Position numbers and translations under genes: made by a program. 64,000 nucleotides of DNA from Tubiluchus corallicola (taxonomy: Eukaryota > Animalia > Priapulida), in contig JAQGDQ010000907.1 in the NCBI GenBank assembly GCA_030141605.1, positions 17,488 to 81,487 on the forward strand. Direction: 5' to 3'. The notes under the pieces were generated by a model. The model saw only the letters and a program-made list of their open reading frames with translations. It did no database searches and was not told the origin of the DNA. How positions within the stretch are numbered: position 1 is the stretch's first letter; each line of letters opens with the position of its first letter. Below, piece after piece: positions 33,601 through 43,149 of this stretch.

Positions 33601-35247
33601 CTCTTCGTCAATATCAAGCACAAAGAGGTTTGCGTGTCCTACCTGCACGGCTAAGTCAAGTACAGGCTTTTTATTGTTCATATCTGCTTTCCCCGCAAAG
33701 AGCATATTTAGGTACTCATTTTCGATACCAACTCCCCATTCATAGATGTTATCCTCCAGATGGCTGTTTAGATGCACAGGCCCCATTTCGTAGCCATTAT
33801 AGAATACACTGTTAGCTATGCCATTAATCACAATATTGAAATTGCCGTCATTTAGCCTAATACCCTCCAGGTTTATGTGGGATGTAGCTTCATCAAGTTT
33901 TTCAATACCAAGGAACTTCCCAATATTGAAACAGTCGGTGGAAAGAGAGCCCCTAAAAGTTGCTCTTCCTGCATCATCATATTTTGCTGTTGCATGTGTG
34001 GTTATTTGTCCTAATGCTCCGCCTGCCACTCCATATGCTTCAAAGTCTGAAGGAAATCCGCTAGCCGACCACTTATATGTTAAAGTAGTTCCGTCATTAA
34101 GCGAGTCTGGGATTTTAATGTGCTTGCTATCAAAGCTATCAGGAAGCCTTATTGAGCATATATCGCGAAAGTCAAGTGTATTATCTTCGCTACTAAGGTA
34201 GAAAAATGATTGTTCCCAGTCAGGTAGCCCTTTAACCTCTAAATCGGCATTAAGTTGAGTGGCATTGCCCAGCCTGATGCTGAAGTCGTTAATTTTAAAA
34301 TCGTCTATTGTTCCGTGTAAATCGCCTGAAAGAGCGATGTCTCCACCCAGTCCCTTTAAGTCCGGTACTAGTAAGGCTATATCGTTAAATGAAATTGTTG
34401 ACTTGGCTATGTTAGCGCTCATATTAAAGTCACCCAGTTTCTCAAACAGGGCACTGTCAGATATTTTATCTAAAATTAGTGTGTCTACAGGTGATGTCCG
34501 GGGAGACAGACTAACTTGGGGAATTACGATTTTTGATGAATCTGTTTGAAGTATAAAGTCCGCCATCTCCATCTCCATTTCTAGTGGGCCTACCGAGCCG
34601 TTAAATGAAATCTCACTGATATGGAGTCCGCTTTTATCAATAAACGAAAAATTTTCTACACGAAATGTTGTTGCCGTGTCACTCTCCCAAACATCTTTTA
34701 GAGAGAAGTTAAAATCGGTAATAGCTATATCATTGAGGTTTAACCCTTGCTCCGGGGAGGTGTGGTTATCCTCATCGATATAATTGAAAGAGGATTTTTT
34801 TAGATGCACGCTATTGAATGAGATTTTCCACGGCCTAATCGTATCTACCTCTATTTTGCTAATCGAATCGATTAGAAACTGAATGTTTAGCTTGTTAGAA
34901 TTGGTTCTCAGATTTATTATGGCATCCTGAAGATATATGTCTCTGAAATGAACAAATCGTTTTCTAATTTTTAATGTATTGATACTTGCTTTTACATTTG
35001 CCGCAAAAATTAAAGTGTCAGATGATTGATCTTCAATAAGGATATCTTCGAGTACAATTTTGTCAATCAGGGATATGTTCACTCCACCTACTGTAACATT
35101 AGCTCCCAGCGTTTCTGACAGCCTCCCGGTAAACCATTGAGCAACTTTTGTTTGCACACGGGTACTCCTGAAAGCCACGTATGCACTCATCATCACCAGT
35201 ATCAGTGCCGAGACAATAATTAATAATATTTTGTACCTTTTTTTGAT
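30694..35247 (-). CDS. tamB: Translocation and assembly module TamB (DUF490) / AsmA-like protein; start uncertain
   Basis: About 1500 aa of beta-strand repeats; C-terminal GAISWNGDP and YTQGVGVSFREEF; divergent from tsaD; hydrophobic anchor extends upstream of the GTG at 35196. Confidence 0.88.
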   Translation of the reverse strand: MKKRYKILLIIVSALILVMMSAYVAFRSTRVQTKVAQWFTGRLSETLGANVTVGGVNISLIDKIVLEDILIEDQSSDTLIFAANVKASINTLKIRKRFVHFRDIYLQDAIINLRTNSNKLNIQFLIDSISKIEVDTIRPWKISFNSVHLKKSSFNYIDEDNHTSPEQGLNLNDIAITDFNFSLKDVWESDTATTFRVENFSFIDKSGLHISEISFNGSVGPLEMEMEMADFILQTDSSKIVIPQVSLSPRTSPVDTLILDKISDSALFEKLGDFNMSANIAKSTISFNDIALLVPDLKGLGGDIALSGDLHGTIDDFKINDFSIRLGNATQLNADLEVKGLPDWEQSFFYLSSEDNTLDFRDICSIRLPDSFDSKHIKIPDSLNDGTTLTYKWSASGFPSDFEAYGVAGGALGQITTHATAKYDDAGRATFRGSLSTDCFNIGKFLGIEKLDEATSHINLEGIRLNDGNFNIVINGIANSVFYNGYEMGPVHLNSHLEDNIYEWGVGIENEYLNMLFAGKADMNNKKPVLDLAVQVGHANLFVLDIDEEHRNSNMSFGLKVDIAGNYIDDIDGVIRFDKVNVVRGEKTFDTDSIDISIAHTGQDRKIKIRSELIDADLEGEYVLKNLASETMNHIHSFLPSANLPGPGEAASKAKSVFSFDINVKQSRKLTSLLFSDFIVIEPVRLNGKFDMKNKHIVFDGSTPNIRYRNNLFTGVNFRSWNTENKWHFRSIADKVLINNSTEIENLALNKVSANDSLAVSVAWGNSDEVTYRGKIEGVAALSKNSLTGTHSADILIEPTNIWIADSLWQINKGSIHVYPTSIAVDSFALSHEKESLQIKGMVSRSNNDKLSVLFNNIQISRLNTLSSKDTEFDGILNGELNVLGIYGELIVTSELTIEKARFREEEIGDIVLNNIWDKDNDALISSIKLLDDNREKLSIEGKVFPQDGQVYYEADFSAFPMETLYAVLKKFSSGVGGKGYGKLIVSGTKDSLNIDGGVYVDKGNIGIAYTNTSFLFSDTIFFSNDSILFKDILITDEDDNISLFKGSIKHHLFSDMVYNMNIETDRILALNTSAKNNKLFYGKVNASGNMKISGEKKDIKLEMALRSESGTGITLYPGESGHAAKYDFLKFTSAEDPVVDNYPVIEEEVKGGFDMILNMDVTSDAQMRIVFGANTGGVLRGRGNGSMRLEYGEDNKLLVYGDYEVTSGHYTLSLRDILRKKFELEGGGAISWNGDPNDATIDMNAIYNTRASLYELLLESQDSGNSNTDKVQVECKVNLSHNLFNPIMKFGIDFPSADERTKDKVRQYISTQDDVNQQMLALIVTGKFYTPEYLRGNPDFESTNANILGYTTSEMISSQVSSLLSQISDDIDVGVNYRPGDDVSGREVEFALRTQVFDNRLVVSGNIGNKAYQQSTANEVVGEVEFFLKLDKSGRVQLKAYNHSNEGLGYNTSPYTQGVGVSFREEFDNLKDLKKRRAERSDRRKKERERKKAKKNKQKNSVVEEESEPNMTIDAE

Positions 35248-35840
35248 ATTTTTCCACCTTAAAAGCAGCGGCCGGTCTGCTTTGTGTTTGCTTAACTCCC
35301 GCTAAATTTACTATAATTTTTGATGCATATGTTTTTTCAGAGTGTTAGTTTGGTAGTCCTAACAATAAAACTAAAGCAAAAAAAGTGCCATAAAAAAGAA
35401 ACGGATATTAGCGTAAAGAAATTTTTCACAAAGTGAAGAATTTTTGCACGGATTGAGAAAAAATTAATGAAAAGCTAAAATTTATTGATGTGATTAAGGG
35501 TTTTGAAGAGAGTTTTAACGAAAATATTGAGACCTTTGGATGGTGAAAGGCCTTATCTCAGGTTGAGGAAAAGCTCGATGAAAACCGCAGCTTGCTTGAT
35601 GAATAAGTAAAAGCTTTGAGGGGGTGTTTTGATAAAAAAACATCAGTAAATAAGGGCCTTGTAAGTGCTTTATGTTGATGGAAAGGTGAGCTTTGGTAGA
35701 AAAGGTTTCGTAAAATAATTGCACACATAATACTCTAATTTACTATCTCTTGCCTGTAAGTTGAGATTTTTAATCAACATGTTAGCTGTGACTATTTTTT
35801 ATATCATTTTGTCCCATCTGGGAGTTAAAATCATAAGCAG

Positions 35841-36872
35841 ATGAGAAAGAGCAAGGACATAATAATTTTAGGTATTGAGTCATCGTGTGATGACACCTCA
35901 GCAGCTCTGATAAAAGACAATACTATTTTAAGCAATGAGATTGCAGGGCAGGCAGTTCACGAGGCATATGGGGGGGTTGTACCCGAACTTGCATCCCGTG
36001 CGCATCAACAAAATATAATACCGGTTGTTAATAGCGCTTTAAAAAAGGCAGGTGTTGCGCCTAAAGAGATTGATGCTGTTGCATTTACTCGTGGTCCTGG
36101 ACTGCTAGGATCGCTTCTGGTTGGCACCTCATTTGCGAAAGGGTTTGCTTTTGCCTCTAAAATTCCACTTATAGAGGTTAACCACTTACAGGGGCATGTG
36201 CTGGCGCATTTTATAAGGGAAGGAGGGGAGCCGGGCCGTACACCAGGGTTCCCATTTTTGTGTCTTCTTGTTTCTGGTGGAAACTCACAAATAATAGTAG
36301 TGAAGGATCACTTAGAGATGGAAGTGATAGGCCAGACTATTGATGATGCAGCAGGAGAAGCTTTTGATAAATGTGCCAAGGTAATGGGACTTCCTTACCC
36401 CGGAGGGCCTCTTATCGATAAGTTTGCTAAAAAGGGGGAGCCGCAGGCGTTTAGATTTTCAAAACCGATGGTTCCCGGGCTGGATTATAGTTTTAGTGGT
36501 TTGAAAACATCATTCCTGTATTTTATTCGCGATAGGGTTAAGGAGGATCCGCTTTTCATAGAGGAGCAGAGGTGTAATATATGTGCCTCTATACAGCAAG
36601 CTATTGTTGAAACGCTTATGGGTAAGTTCAAAGAGGCAGTTAATAAGACAGGGATTAAGGAGGTTGCAGTTGCAGGTGGTGTGTCAGCTAACTCAGGCCT
36701 GCAGGAAGCGCTGCGAGTGGAGGCAAAGAAGGAGCGTTGGAACCTGTTTATTCCCAAGCCTGCTTATACAACAGACAACGCAGCAATGATTGCTGTTGTC
36801 GGGTATTACAAGTATTTAAAAGGTGAGTTTGCAGAACAGAGCATAGAGCCGTTTGCAAGAATGACGCTGTGA
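35841..36872 (+). CDS. tsaD: tRNA N6-adenosine threonylcarbamoyltransferase
   Basis: GIESSCDDT, GGVVPELASRAH, HLQGH, DDAAGEAFDK, SFSGLKT, TDNAAMI. Confidence 0.97.
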   Translation: MRKSKDIIILGIESSCDDTSAALIKDNTILSNEIAGQAVHEAYGGVVPELASRAHQQNIIPVVNSALKKAGVAPKEIDAVAFTRGPGLLGSLLVGTSFAKGFAFASKIPLIEVNHLQGHVLAHFIREGGEPGRTPGFPFLCLLVSGGNSQIIVVKDHLEMEVIGQTIDDAAGEAFDKCAKVMGLPYPGGPLIDKFAKKGEPQAFRFSKPMVPGLDYSFSGLKTSFLYFIRDRVKEDPLFIEEQRCNICASIQQAIVETLMGKFKEAVNKTGIKEVAVAGGVSANSGLQEALRVEAKKERWNLFIPKPAYTTDNAAMIAVVGYYKYLKGEFAEQSIEPFARMTL

Positions 36873-37216
36873 GGCCTTTGCAAGAAGAGGTAGTTTGGCT
36901 TGCGCTGAAAAACCAATGGAAATCTTCAGCCTGATTACAAACGAGTGGTTTGAAAGAGGATTTATGGAAATTACGGAAAATCAATACCCTAACTATAGTG
37001 GTAAATTATTTATTTTTTTGCGATTCTGTTCAGATTGCTAGCAGTTCCGGGAATGAAATTGTTTGGTGTCCAGAAATGATATCAAGTAGAAATCCTATTA
37101 AGCTAGAGAATTACAAATATCTAGCAGTTTCTGGTAGGCACCCATGAGTCCAGTTTTGATTTTATTGATACAGACTTTAACAATACCAATTGAACGTAGC
37201 TGCTTATAAAAGCACA

Positions 37217-37354
37217 TTTACTAACACGTGCTAAGAAATAATTGCCTATTTGGAAATTTTGCGGGAGTTTGACTCCCGCATTTACTTTTTGATGTCATTT
37301 GACCGCTTTGTGCTCCGCTATCGGCAACTATTCATAGCACTAACCGTTAGTGAA
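37217..37354 (+). repeat. Orphan attC-like imperfect palindrome
   Basis: Outer TTTACTAAC...GTTAGTGAA; inner arms GTGCTAAGAAATAATTGCC / GGCAACTATTCATAGCAC; internal hairpin TGCGGGAGT-TTG-ACTCCCGCA. Confidence 0.6.
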
Positions 37355-37726
37355 AACGCAGGACAAACCTGCAAGTGTTAATATAAATAAATCTTAAATT
37401 ATGAAGCACTTACGGTTAGTTGCAATTATGATTATAATGATAAATTTGATAATAGCAGAGTAGTGAAAGCTGCTTAGATCGAACTCACGTTAGAAGATAA
37501 GTTTTGTAAAGGTGTTGCCGAGCGAACTTACATAGACATAAAATATTATAGAGGGGTCATTATAAGTGATTTAAGGAAAGAAGGCATACAAATAAAAAAC
37601 CAAGCCTTCGGCTTTTTGATAAACACATATTTGCATTTGCAGAAAAAATGATGATTATTGACACCTGCCTATCCAAATTTTGATTATCTTTCCAACTGTT
37701 TTACAATACAAAATCTATGTAATGCA

Positions 37727-39541
37727 ATGAAATTAGAAACAATTGACTTTATTATTTTGGCTATTTTCTTTTCTGTCGTTTTATTGATAGGGTATGTAGC
37801 ATCTAAAAAAGCGGGCAAGAACACTTCCGAATTTTTTCTTGGAGGGCGGGGGATGCCCTGGTGGCTGTTGGGAGTATCCATGGTAGCATGTACATTTTCA
37901 GCCGATACGCCAAACCTTGTTACAGGAATGGTAAGAGAGTCCGGAGTTGGTAAAAACTGGGCGTGGTGGGCTTTTCTGATCACCGGGATGGTAACGGTTT
38001 TTATATATGCACGTCTGTGGCGCCGCTCAAATGTAATGACGGACCTGGAGTTTTATGAAATACGTTATGGAGGTAAGTCTGCTTCTTTCCTGAGGGGCTT
38101 CAGGGCGATATATCTGGGGATATTTTACAACACCCTCATTATGGGTACGGTTACTTTGGCCGCAATCAAAATAGGCGACGTAATGTTTGGTATCAAGCCG
38201 TGGATTACTGTTGTTTCCGCCTCTTCAATTGTGATTATATATGCAGGGCTGGGAGGTTTACGCGGTGTGGTGTGGGCTGATTTTTTCCAATACGGCATTG
38301 CAATGTTTGGAGCGGTGCTTGCTGCAGTTGTTGCAATACGCCAACCTGAAGTTAAGGCTATAGGTGGGTTTTCGGGAGTGTTGGAACAACTGGGTGATAA
38401 AGCAAACTTTTTGCCGAATATGAGTGACCCGTCAATATTTATACCACTGCTTATTATTCCTATTGCCGTTCAATGGTGGGCGGTGTGGTATCCTGGTGCA
38501 GAACCGGGTGGAGGCGGTTATATTGCACAGCGGATGCTTTCTGCGAAGAATGAAAAAAATGCTATTGGGGCAACACTTTTTTTCAATTTTGCACATTATG
38601 CCCTGCGTCCATGGCCATGGATTGTCGTGGCAATGGCATCAATGGTTATATATCCCGAACTTGAAGATATCAGAGCTGAGTTTCCCAATATCTCAGAGAC
38701 ATACCTAAAGGACGATATTGCATATCCTGTAATGTTATCAAAGCTTGGGAAGGGATGGCTTGGCCTTGTTGTAGCATCAATTATTGCAGCATACATGTCA
38801 ACTATAGGCACTCATCTTAACTGGGGGTCTTCCTATGTTGTGCATGACTTTTATAGCCGTTTTGTAAAGAAGGATGCTTCTCAAAAAGAGTTGGTAGCAG
38901 TTGGACGTAGCACAACAGTTGTGCTGATGTTTATCGCAGCGCTTTTTGCTTTAACGTTTCTCAACAATGCTACGCAGGCATTCAATGTACTACTGCTATC
39001 AGGGGCAGGCTCCGGAGCGATATATATTCTCCGCTGGTTCTGGTGGAGAATAAATGCGTGGACAGAGATAGTGGCTATGGTATTTGCAACTGTAAATGCT
39101 GTAATTTTAATATTTTTTGTAGAGGATAGTATGGTAGAGACTAGGTATCTTGATGGCTTTACAGTGAAGTTGCTTTTGGCGGTAGGAGCTACAACAGTAG
39201 TATGGTTGGTAACGGCCTTTGTTACCAGGCCTGAAAGTAAGGAGACTTTACGCCGTTTCTACAAGTTGACGCACCCGGGTGGTCCCGGATGGAAAAAAGT
39301 TGTGCAGGAGGCAGAAGCGGATGGGGTGGCAATAAATGAGAAAGAGAAAGGAATGGCGTGGGAGATGCCAAAACAGATAATGCTGGTCTTCATCGGGTGT
39401 GTTACTATATACAGTTCTCTTTTTTCGATCGGGAATTTTGTTTATGGTAAAAATTTGCTTGGTGCGGCGCTTGCAGCTGTGGCAGCATGTTCAACATTTC
39501 TGCTTTTTAAGTTGTTTGCAAAACTAAGAACAGATAAGTAG
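37727..39541 (+). CDS. Sodium:solute symporter (SSS) family protein
   Basis: EFFLGGRGMPWW, GGLRGVVWAD, QRMLSAKNEK, AAYMST and many TM helices; the ATG at 37727 is preferred over the TTG at 37658. Confidence 0.92.
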   Translation: MKLETIDFIILAIFFSVVLLIGYVASKKAGKNTSEFFLGGRGMPWWLLGVSMVACTFSADTPNLVTGMVRESGVGKNWAWWAFLITGMVTVFIYARLWRRSNVMTDLEFYEIRYGGKSASFLRGFRAIYLGIFYNTLIMGTVTLAAIKIGDVMFGIKPWITVVSASSIVIIYAGLGGLRGVVWADFFQYGIAMFGAVLAAVVAIRQPEVKAIGGFSGVLEQLGDKANFLPNMSDPSIFIPLLIIPIAVQWWAVWYPGAEPGGGGYIAQRMLSAKNEKNAIGATLFFNFAHYALRPWPWIVVAMASMVIYPELEDIRAEFPNISETYLKDDIAYPVMLSKLGKGWLGLVVASIIAAYMSTIGTHLNWGSSYVVHDFYSRFVKKDASQKELVAVGRSTTVVLMFIAALFALTFLNNATQAFNVLLLSGAGSGAIYILRWFWWRINAWTEIVAMVFATVNAVILIFFVEDSMVETRYLDGFTVKLLLAVGATTVVWLVTAFVTRPESKETLRRFYKLTHPGGPGWKKVVQEAEADGVAINEKEKGMAWEMPKQIMLVFIGCVTIYSSLFSIGNFVYGKNLLGAALAAVAACSTFLLFKLFAKLRTDK

Positions 39542-39602
39542 TTTTTTAAACACGTTATAGCGCATTTGTAGCAGGGGGTTTGACCGCTTGTAAAATACGT
39601 TT

Positions 39603-40895
39603 ATGAAGACATCTATATTTATAGCTACTTCTGTGTTGGCCATCTTATGTTCAATTAATGATGCTGAAGCGCAGAAAACCAAAAGGCTTGAAAGTAGCTC
39701 AAGAAGGGTACCCAAGTGGGTTTATGGAATTGAGAAGGATTATATCATAGCTACAGGTTCGGGATCAAGCATTGATGTTGCAAAGCAGAATGCTCTCATC
39801 ATGGTGAAACACAGGATAATAACCTCTGTGGCTGAAAATATTCAGTCCTGGGGTGAGTATGTTCTGGAGGAGACAACCAGTGATAATATTTCGAGCTTTT
39901 TTGAGAACTATGAAATGAATATAAAGGCTGAATCGGCCGATATTGAGTATGTTAAGGGGATTTCACTTAGCAAGGTGGAGGAGTTTTATTGGGAAAAAGT
40001 GAGAACGGATAGAGATATTAGGTTCAACTATTCTATAAAGTATCCATTTTCTCAAATAAGGCTTCAGAGCTTGGTCGCAGAGTTTGAGAGAGCTGATAGA
40101 GAGCTTACCGATCAGTTAAATTCTATTGTTGATAGTATTGATGAAGTAACTAGTGTAGAGGAGATTCAGAAGAATATTAAAGTGCTTCGTGGTTTGTCAA
40201 AGTCATTTTCTGGGCAGAGAAAAATTAAAGCTGAGTCGGGAGTTACTCAATTAAGTTCACTACTTCGGTCTGTTTCAATTGAGCCTGTTGAAAGCAGTCT
40301 CGGGAAGATTGTATTTATTTTAAAGATTGGTGACAAGGTGGTTACATGTGCAAAAAATCCAAATGTAGCGTCACAGTGTGCCGATATTACCTCTGTGCTT
40401 AATAAAGGGGATAGCTGGGAGATAAGATATACGTATGATAATTGTGGAGAGGGTGTGCCGGATGTTGTGGATGTGAAATATAAGTTTGGAGGTGTAAAAA
40501 CCGGATATGAGTTTTTATTTGATGCTACTACCAGCAAAGTTGATTTTTTCTTAAACGGGAGTATATATATCAAGTCTCTCTCCAGGAGTGGCAGAGATAT
40601 TTCAAAGTCAGAGTGTTTAGTCACCCTAACTTCTAAGCATAACAGTACATTCATTGTCAACAAGGTTGTGCTGGAATGGAGAGGGTTACCCCCTTTGGAG
40701 TTAAGTGATATTAACAGGGAGTTTAGTGGGAAGGGAGATCATGAGCTCAGGATTGCTATAAACCAAAAGCTAAATGATAGTTACAGCTCAACAAAACAAT
40801 CGATGGTTAAAGGGTATATTACTGCAACTTCCAAATTGACAGGAGAGACCACTACATTTAGATTGTATAACCAAAGCATCAATACAGACTGGTAG
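39603..40895 (+). CDS. Uncharacterised secreted protein, LPP20-like N-terminal region
   Basis: Signal peptide (AEA|Q); PKWV...YIIATGSG...AKQNAL pattern resembles LPP20-type domains (by eye). Confidence 0.65.
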   Translation: MKTSIFIATSVLAILCSINDAEAQKTKRLESSSRRVPKWVYGIEKDYIIATGSGSSIDVAKQNALIMVKHRIITSVAENIQSWGEYVLEETTSDNISSFFENYEMNIKAESADIEYVKGISLSKVEEFYWEKVRTDRDIRFNYSIKYPFSQIRLQSLVAEFERADRELTDQLNSIVDSIDEVTSVEEIQKNIKVLRGLSKSFSGQRKIKAESGVTQLSSLLRSVSIEPVESSLGKIVFILKIGDKVVTCAKNPNVASQCADITSVLNKGDSWEIRYTYDNCGEGVPDVVDVKYKFGGVKTGYEFLFDATTSKVDFFLNGSIYIKSLSRSGRDISKSECLVTLTSKHNSTFIVNKVVLEWRGLPPLELSDINREFSGKGDHELRIAINQKLNDSYSSTKQSMVKGYITATSKLTGETTTFRLYNQSINTDW

Positions 40896-41121
40896 TGCTG
40901 TTTAATACCAGTTCCTTTTTTAGCCTGATGAAAACTTAATTTAGAAGTTAGTGCAAGCGATGATTTTAGAGATAGTTTTAAAGAAGTATAGGTGGGAGAT
41001 TTGCAGATTGTATCTTATAAAAGGTTCAAATGTAGTTGCATGTATCGCAAGGTGGACCTATCAGGAGTGTTGCTGGTGTATTTGATAGCTGTAGTTTCAG
41101 AGTATAATGCTTAGATATATT

Positions 41122-42435
41122 ATGAAAACCAAAATTATTCTTTTGTCTACAGCTTTGATTATGAGTTCTGTAGTATCGTTGATGGGCAGTAGCAAGAGTG
41201 GTGAGGGGAAAGATGTAAAATACCGAAGAAGCTCCCTTCATATGATATTGATTGAGTCAGATAATTTTCCAAGAAAAGAGACAGTTATAAAAGCATACAA
41301 CAATGCCCCTTTCCCGGATAAGTATGATGATCACAGGTTAGAAGAGAGCTACTTTGACCCCAATAGGTGCCAGCATGATAATAAAGAGAGCAGAGGCGGT
41401 AGCCGAGGTGTAAGAAGCAGCTATACAGCAACAGGTGCCAGCAGTATGGAAGACCCCAATGAGGACGATCCCAATATGCACTTAATAATAAGTAAGTACC
41501 TTAGGGAAAATAGAATTGCTAATAAGCTGGTTGCAAAGTGGTTTAGCAGGGGGGAGGATGGTTCTTTTAATATGAAGTTGATAGAAGATAGGGGATTTTA
41601 CAATGCAACTGAGATGGAGGCAAGTATTGCCAAAAAATCTGTGCGGGGAATGGCCGCATTAGCTGATGCCGGAATAGAGTTAATAAACAATACATTTGTT
41701 GTTGTCTCAAAATTGAACTTTGTCGATAATGAAGCAGTGGCCTCTATTTTAAGAGAAGCGGCATATTACGCAGCCGGGAAAATTACTTCTGAGATTGTGC
41801 AAGCTATAGCTATAGCTGCTGCCGATGTAGCGTATAAGAAGGCTAAAGAGGGATATTCTGTATGGACAACCTCATACCTTTATCAGCTTCAATGGAACGA
41901 CTCTATCGAGGCCGTTTTTTATAACGATTTGTGGATGGATAGTTTAAATATAGATGTTAAAAAGAGAGAGGCATTTGATGAAACAGATCTGTTTCAACTT
42001 AAGTTTTTAGGAAGGGAGAAAGCCACAAGCCTTGTTTTGTTTTCATTAAAGGAGACAAGAACAGAGGAGCAGATAATAGAATTGGCCACAGTAAGAAACA
42101 TTGACGCGGTGTACGCTAAACTTCAAAAGAAATATGATGTGTTTAAGCCTAAGATACCTCTTTATACCGGGTATCCGATTACGGCTAAAATAGGCATGAA
42201 GGAGGGGTTAAAGGGGGGTGAGAAGTTTGAGGTGCTTGAGCAGGTAGTTGATCCTAAAACAGGGCTGACTAAGTATGTAAGGAAGGGAAAAATAACAGTT
42301 GATAAGAAGTGTATATGGGATAACAGGTACAATGCAGGGAAGGAGACTGAAGCGGAAGATTCTGAAGTTAAATTTACTGCATTTAAAGGCAGAAAACGAT
42401 TTTATCCGGGAATGTTGATTAGGCAACTTAAATAG
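41122..42435 (+). CDS. Uncharacterised secreted protein with FlgT_C-like C-terminus
   Basis: Signal peptide from MKTKIILL; C-terminal AKIGMKEGLKGGEKFEVLEQVVDPKTG pattern. Confidence 0.65.
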   Translation: MKTKIILLSTALIMSSVVSLMGSSKSGEGKDVKYRRSSLHMILIESDNFPRKETVIKAYNNAPFPDKYDDHRLEESYFDPNRCQHDNKESRGGSRGVRSSYTATGASSMEDPNEDDPNMHLIISKYLRENRIANKLVAKWFSRGEDGSFNMKLIEDRGFYNATEMEASIAKKSVRGMAALADAGIELINNTFVVVSKLNFVDNEAVASILREAAYYAAGKITSEIVQAIAIAAADVAYKKAKEGYSVWTTSYLYQLQWNDSIEAVFYNDLWMDSLNIDVKKREAFDETDLFQLKFLGREKATSLVLFSLKETRTEEQIIELATVRNIDAVYAKLQKKYDVFKPKIPLYTGYPITAKIGMKEGLKGGEKFEVLEQVVDPKTGLTKYVRKGKITVDKKCIWDNRYNAGKETEAEDSEVKFTAFKGRKRFYPGMLIRQLK

Positions 42436-42549
42436 GGTTCTTTGCAAAGCAAACATTTTGATTCAGAGAAAGGGGAGTTTTGTGAAGGTTCCGAAATTAT
42501 TAACTTTACTTCTGCTTTAAGTTTTAGGAGAGGGTAAAAAAAGTAAAAA

Positions 42550-43077
42550 ATGAAAACAGTAGGGAAAAAATTTACATTAGTGCTCTTAATTGTGTTATGT
42601 TTTTCTTTTTTTGTAAATGCACAATCCAGGAAGAAGGCAAACAGAGATACAGAGCAGTGGCGCTATGAGGTTGAGTGTGTGGGTGTAGGCGTTAAAGGTA
42701 CGTATTTGATCAAGGTGTGGTCGTACTCCAAAAAGCAAAAGGTAGCCATTGAGCAGGCAAAGAAAAATGCTGTTCATGGAGTAATTTTTAAAGGCTATGC
42801 GGGAGGTGAGCAAGGGTGTACTCCACAGAAGGCTTTGGTAGTGGATGCTTATACTGAACAGAAAAACAAGGAGTTTTTCACCAATTTTTTTGCTGATGGT
42901 GGCAGGTATATGAGGTATGTTAGTTTTTCGGCAGATGGAAGTATTGCTGCAGGAGATAGATTAAAAATCAGTAGGAAGGAGTATAAGATAGGTGTTGTTG
43001 TTTCAGTTAGAAAGGATGATTTGAGAAAAGAGCTTGAAAGAGAAGGAGTTATAAAAGGGTTGTCAGACGGGTTTTAG
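42550..43077 (+). CDS. Uncharacterised secreted protein
   Basis: Signal peptide (VNA|Q); AIEQAKKNAVHGVIFKG and VSVRKDDLRKELEREGVIK; co-oriented in the operon. Confidence 0.7.
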   Translation: MKTVGKKFTLVLLIVLCFSFFVNAQSRKKANRDTEQWRYEVECVGVGVKGTYLIKVWSYSKKQKVAIEQAKKNAVHGVIFKGYAGGEQGCTPQKALVVDAYTEQKNKEFFTNFFADGGRYMRYVSFSADGSIAAGDRLKISRKEYKIGVVVSVRKDDLRKELEREGVIKGLSDGF

Positions 43078-43149
43078 GAGTACCGGGTTTTAGTTATAAA
43101 ATCGCTAATAAGCTCTGTTCTATCCATTGGAAAATAAAATTATAAACAG

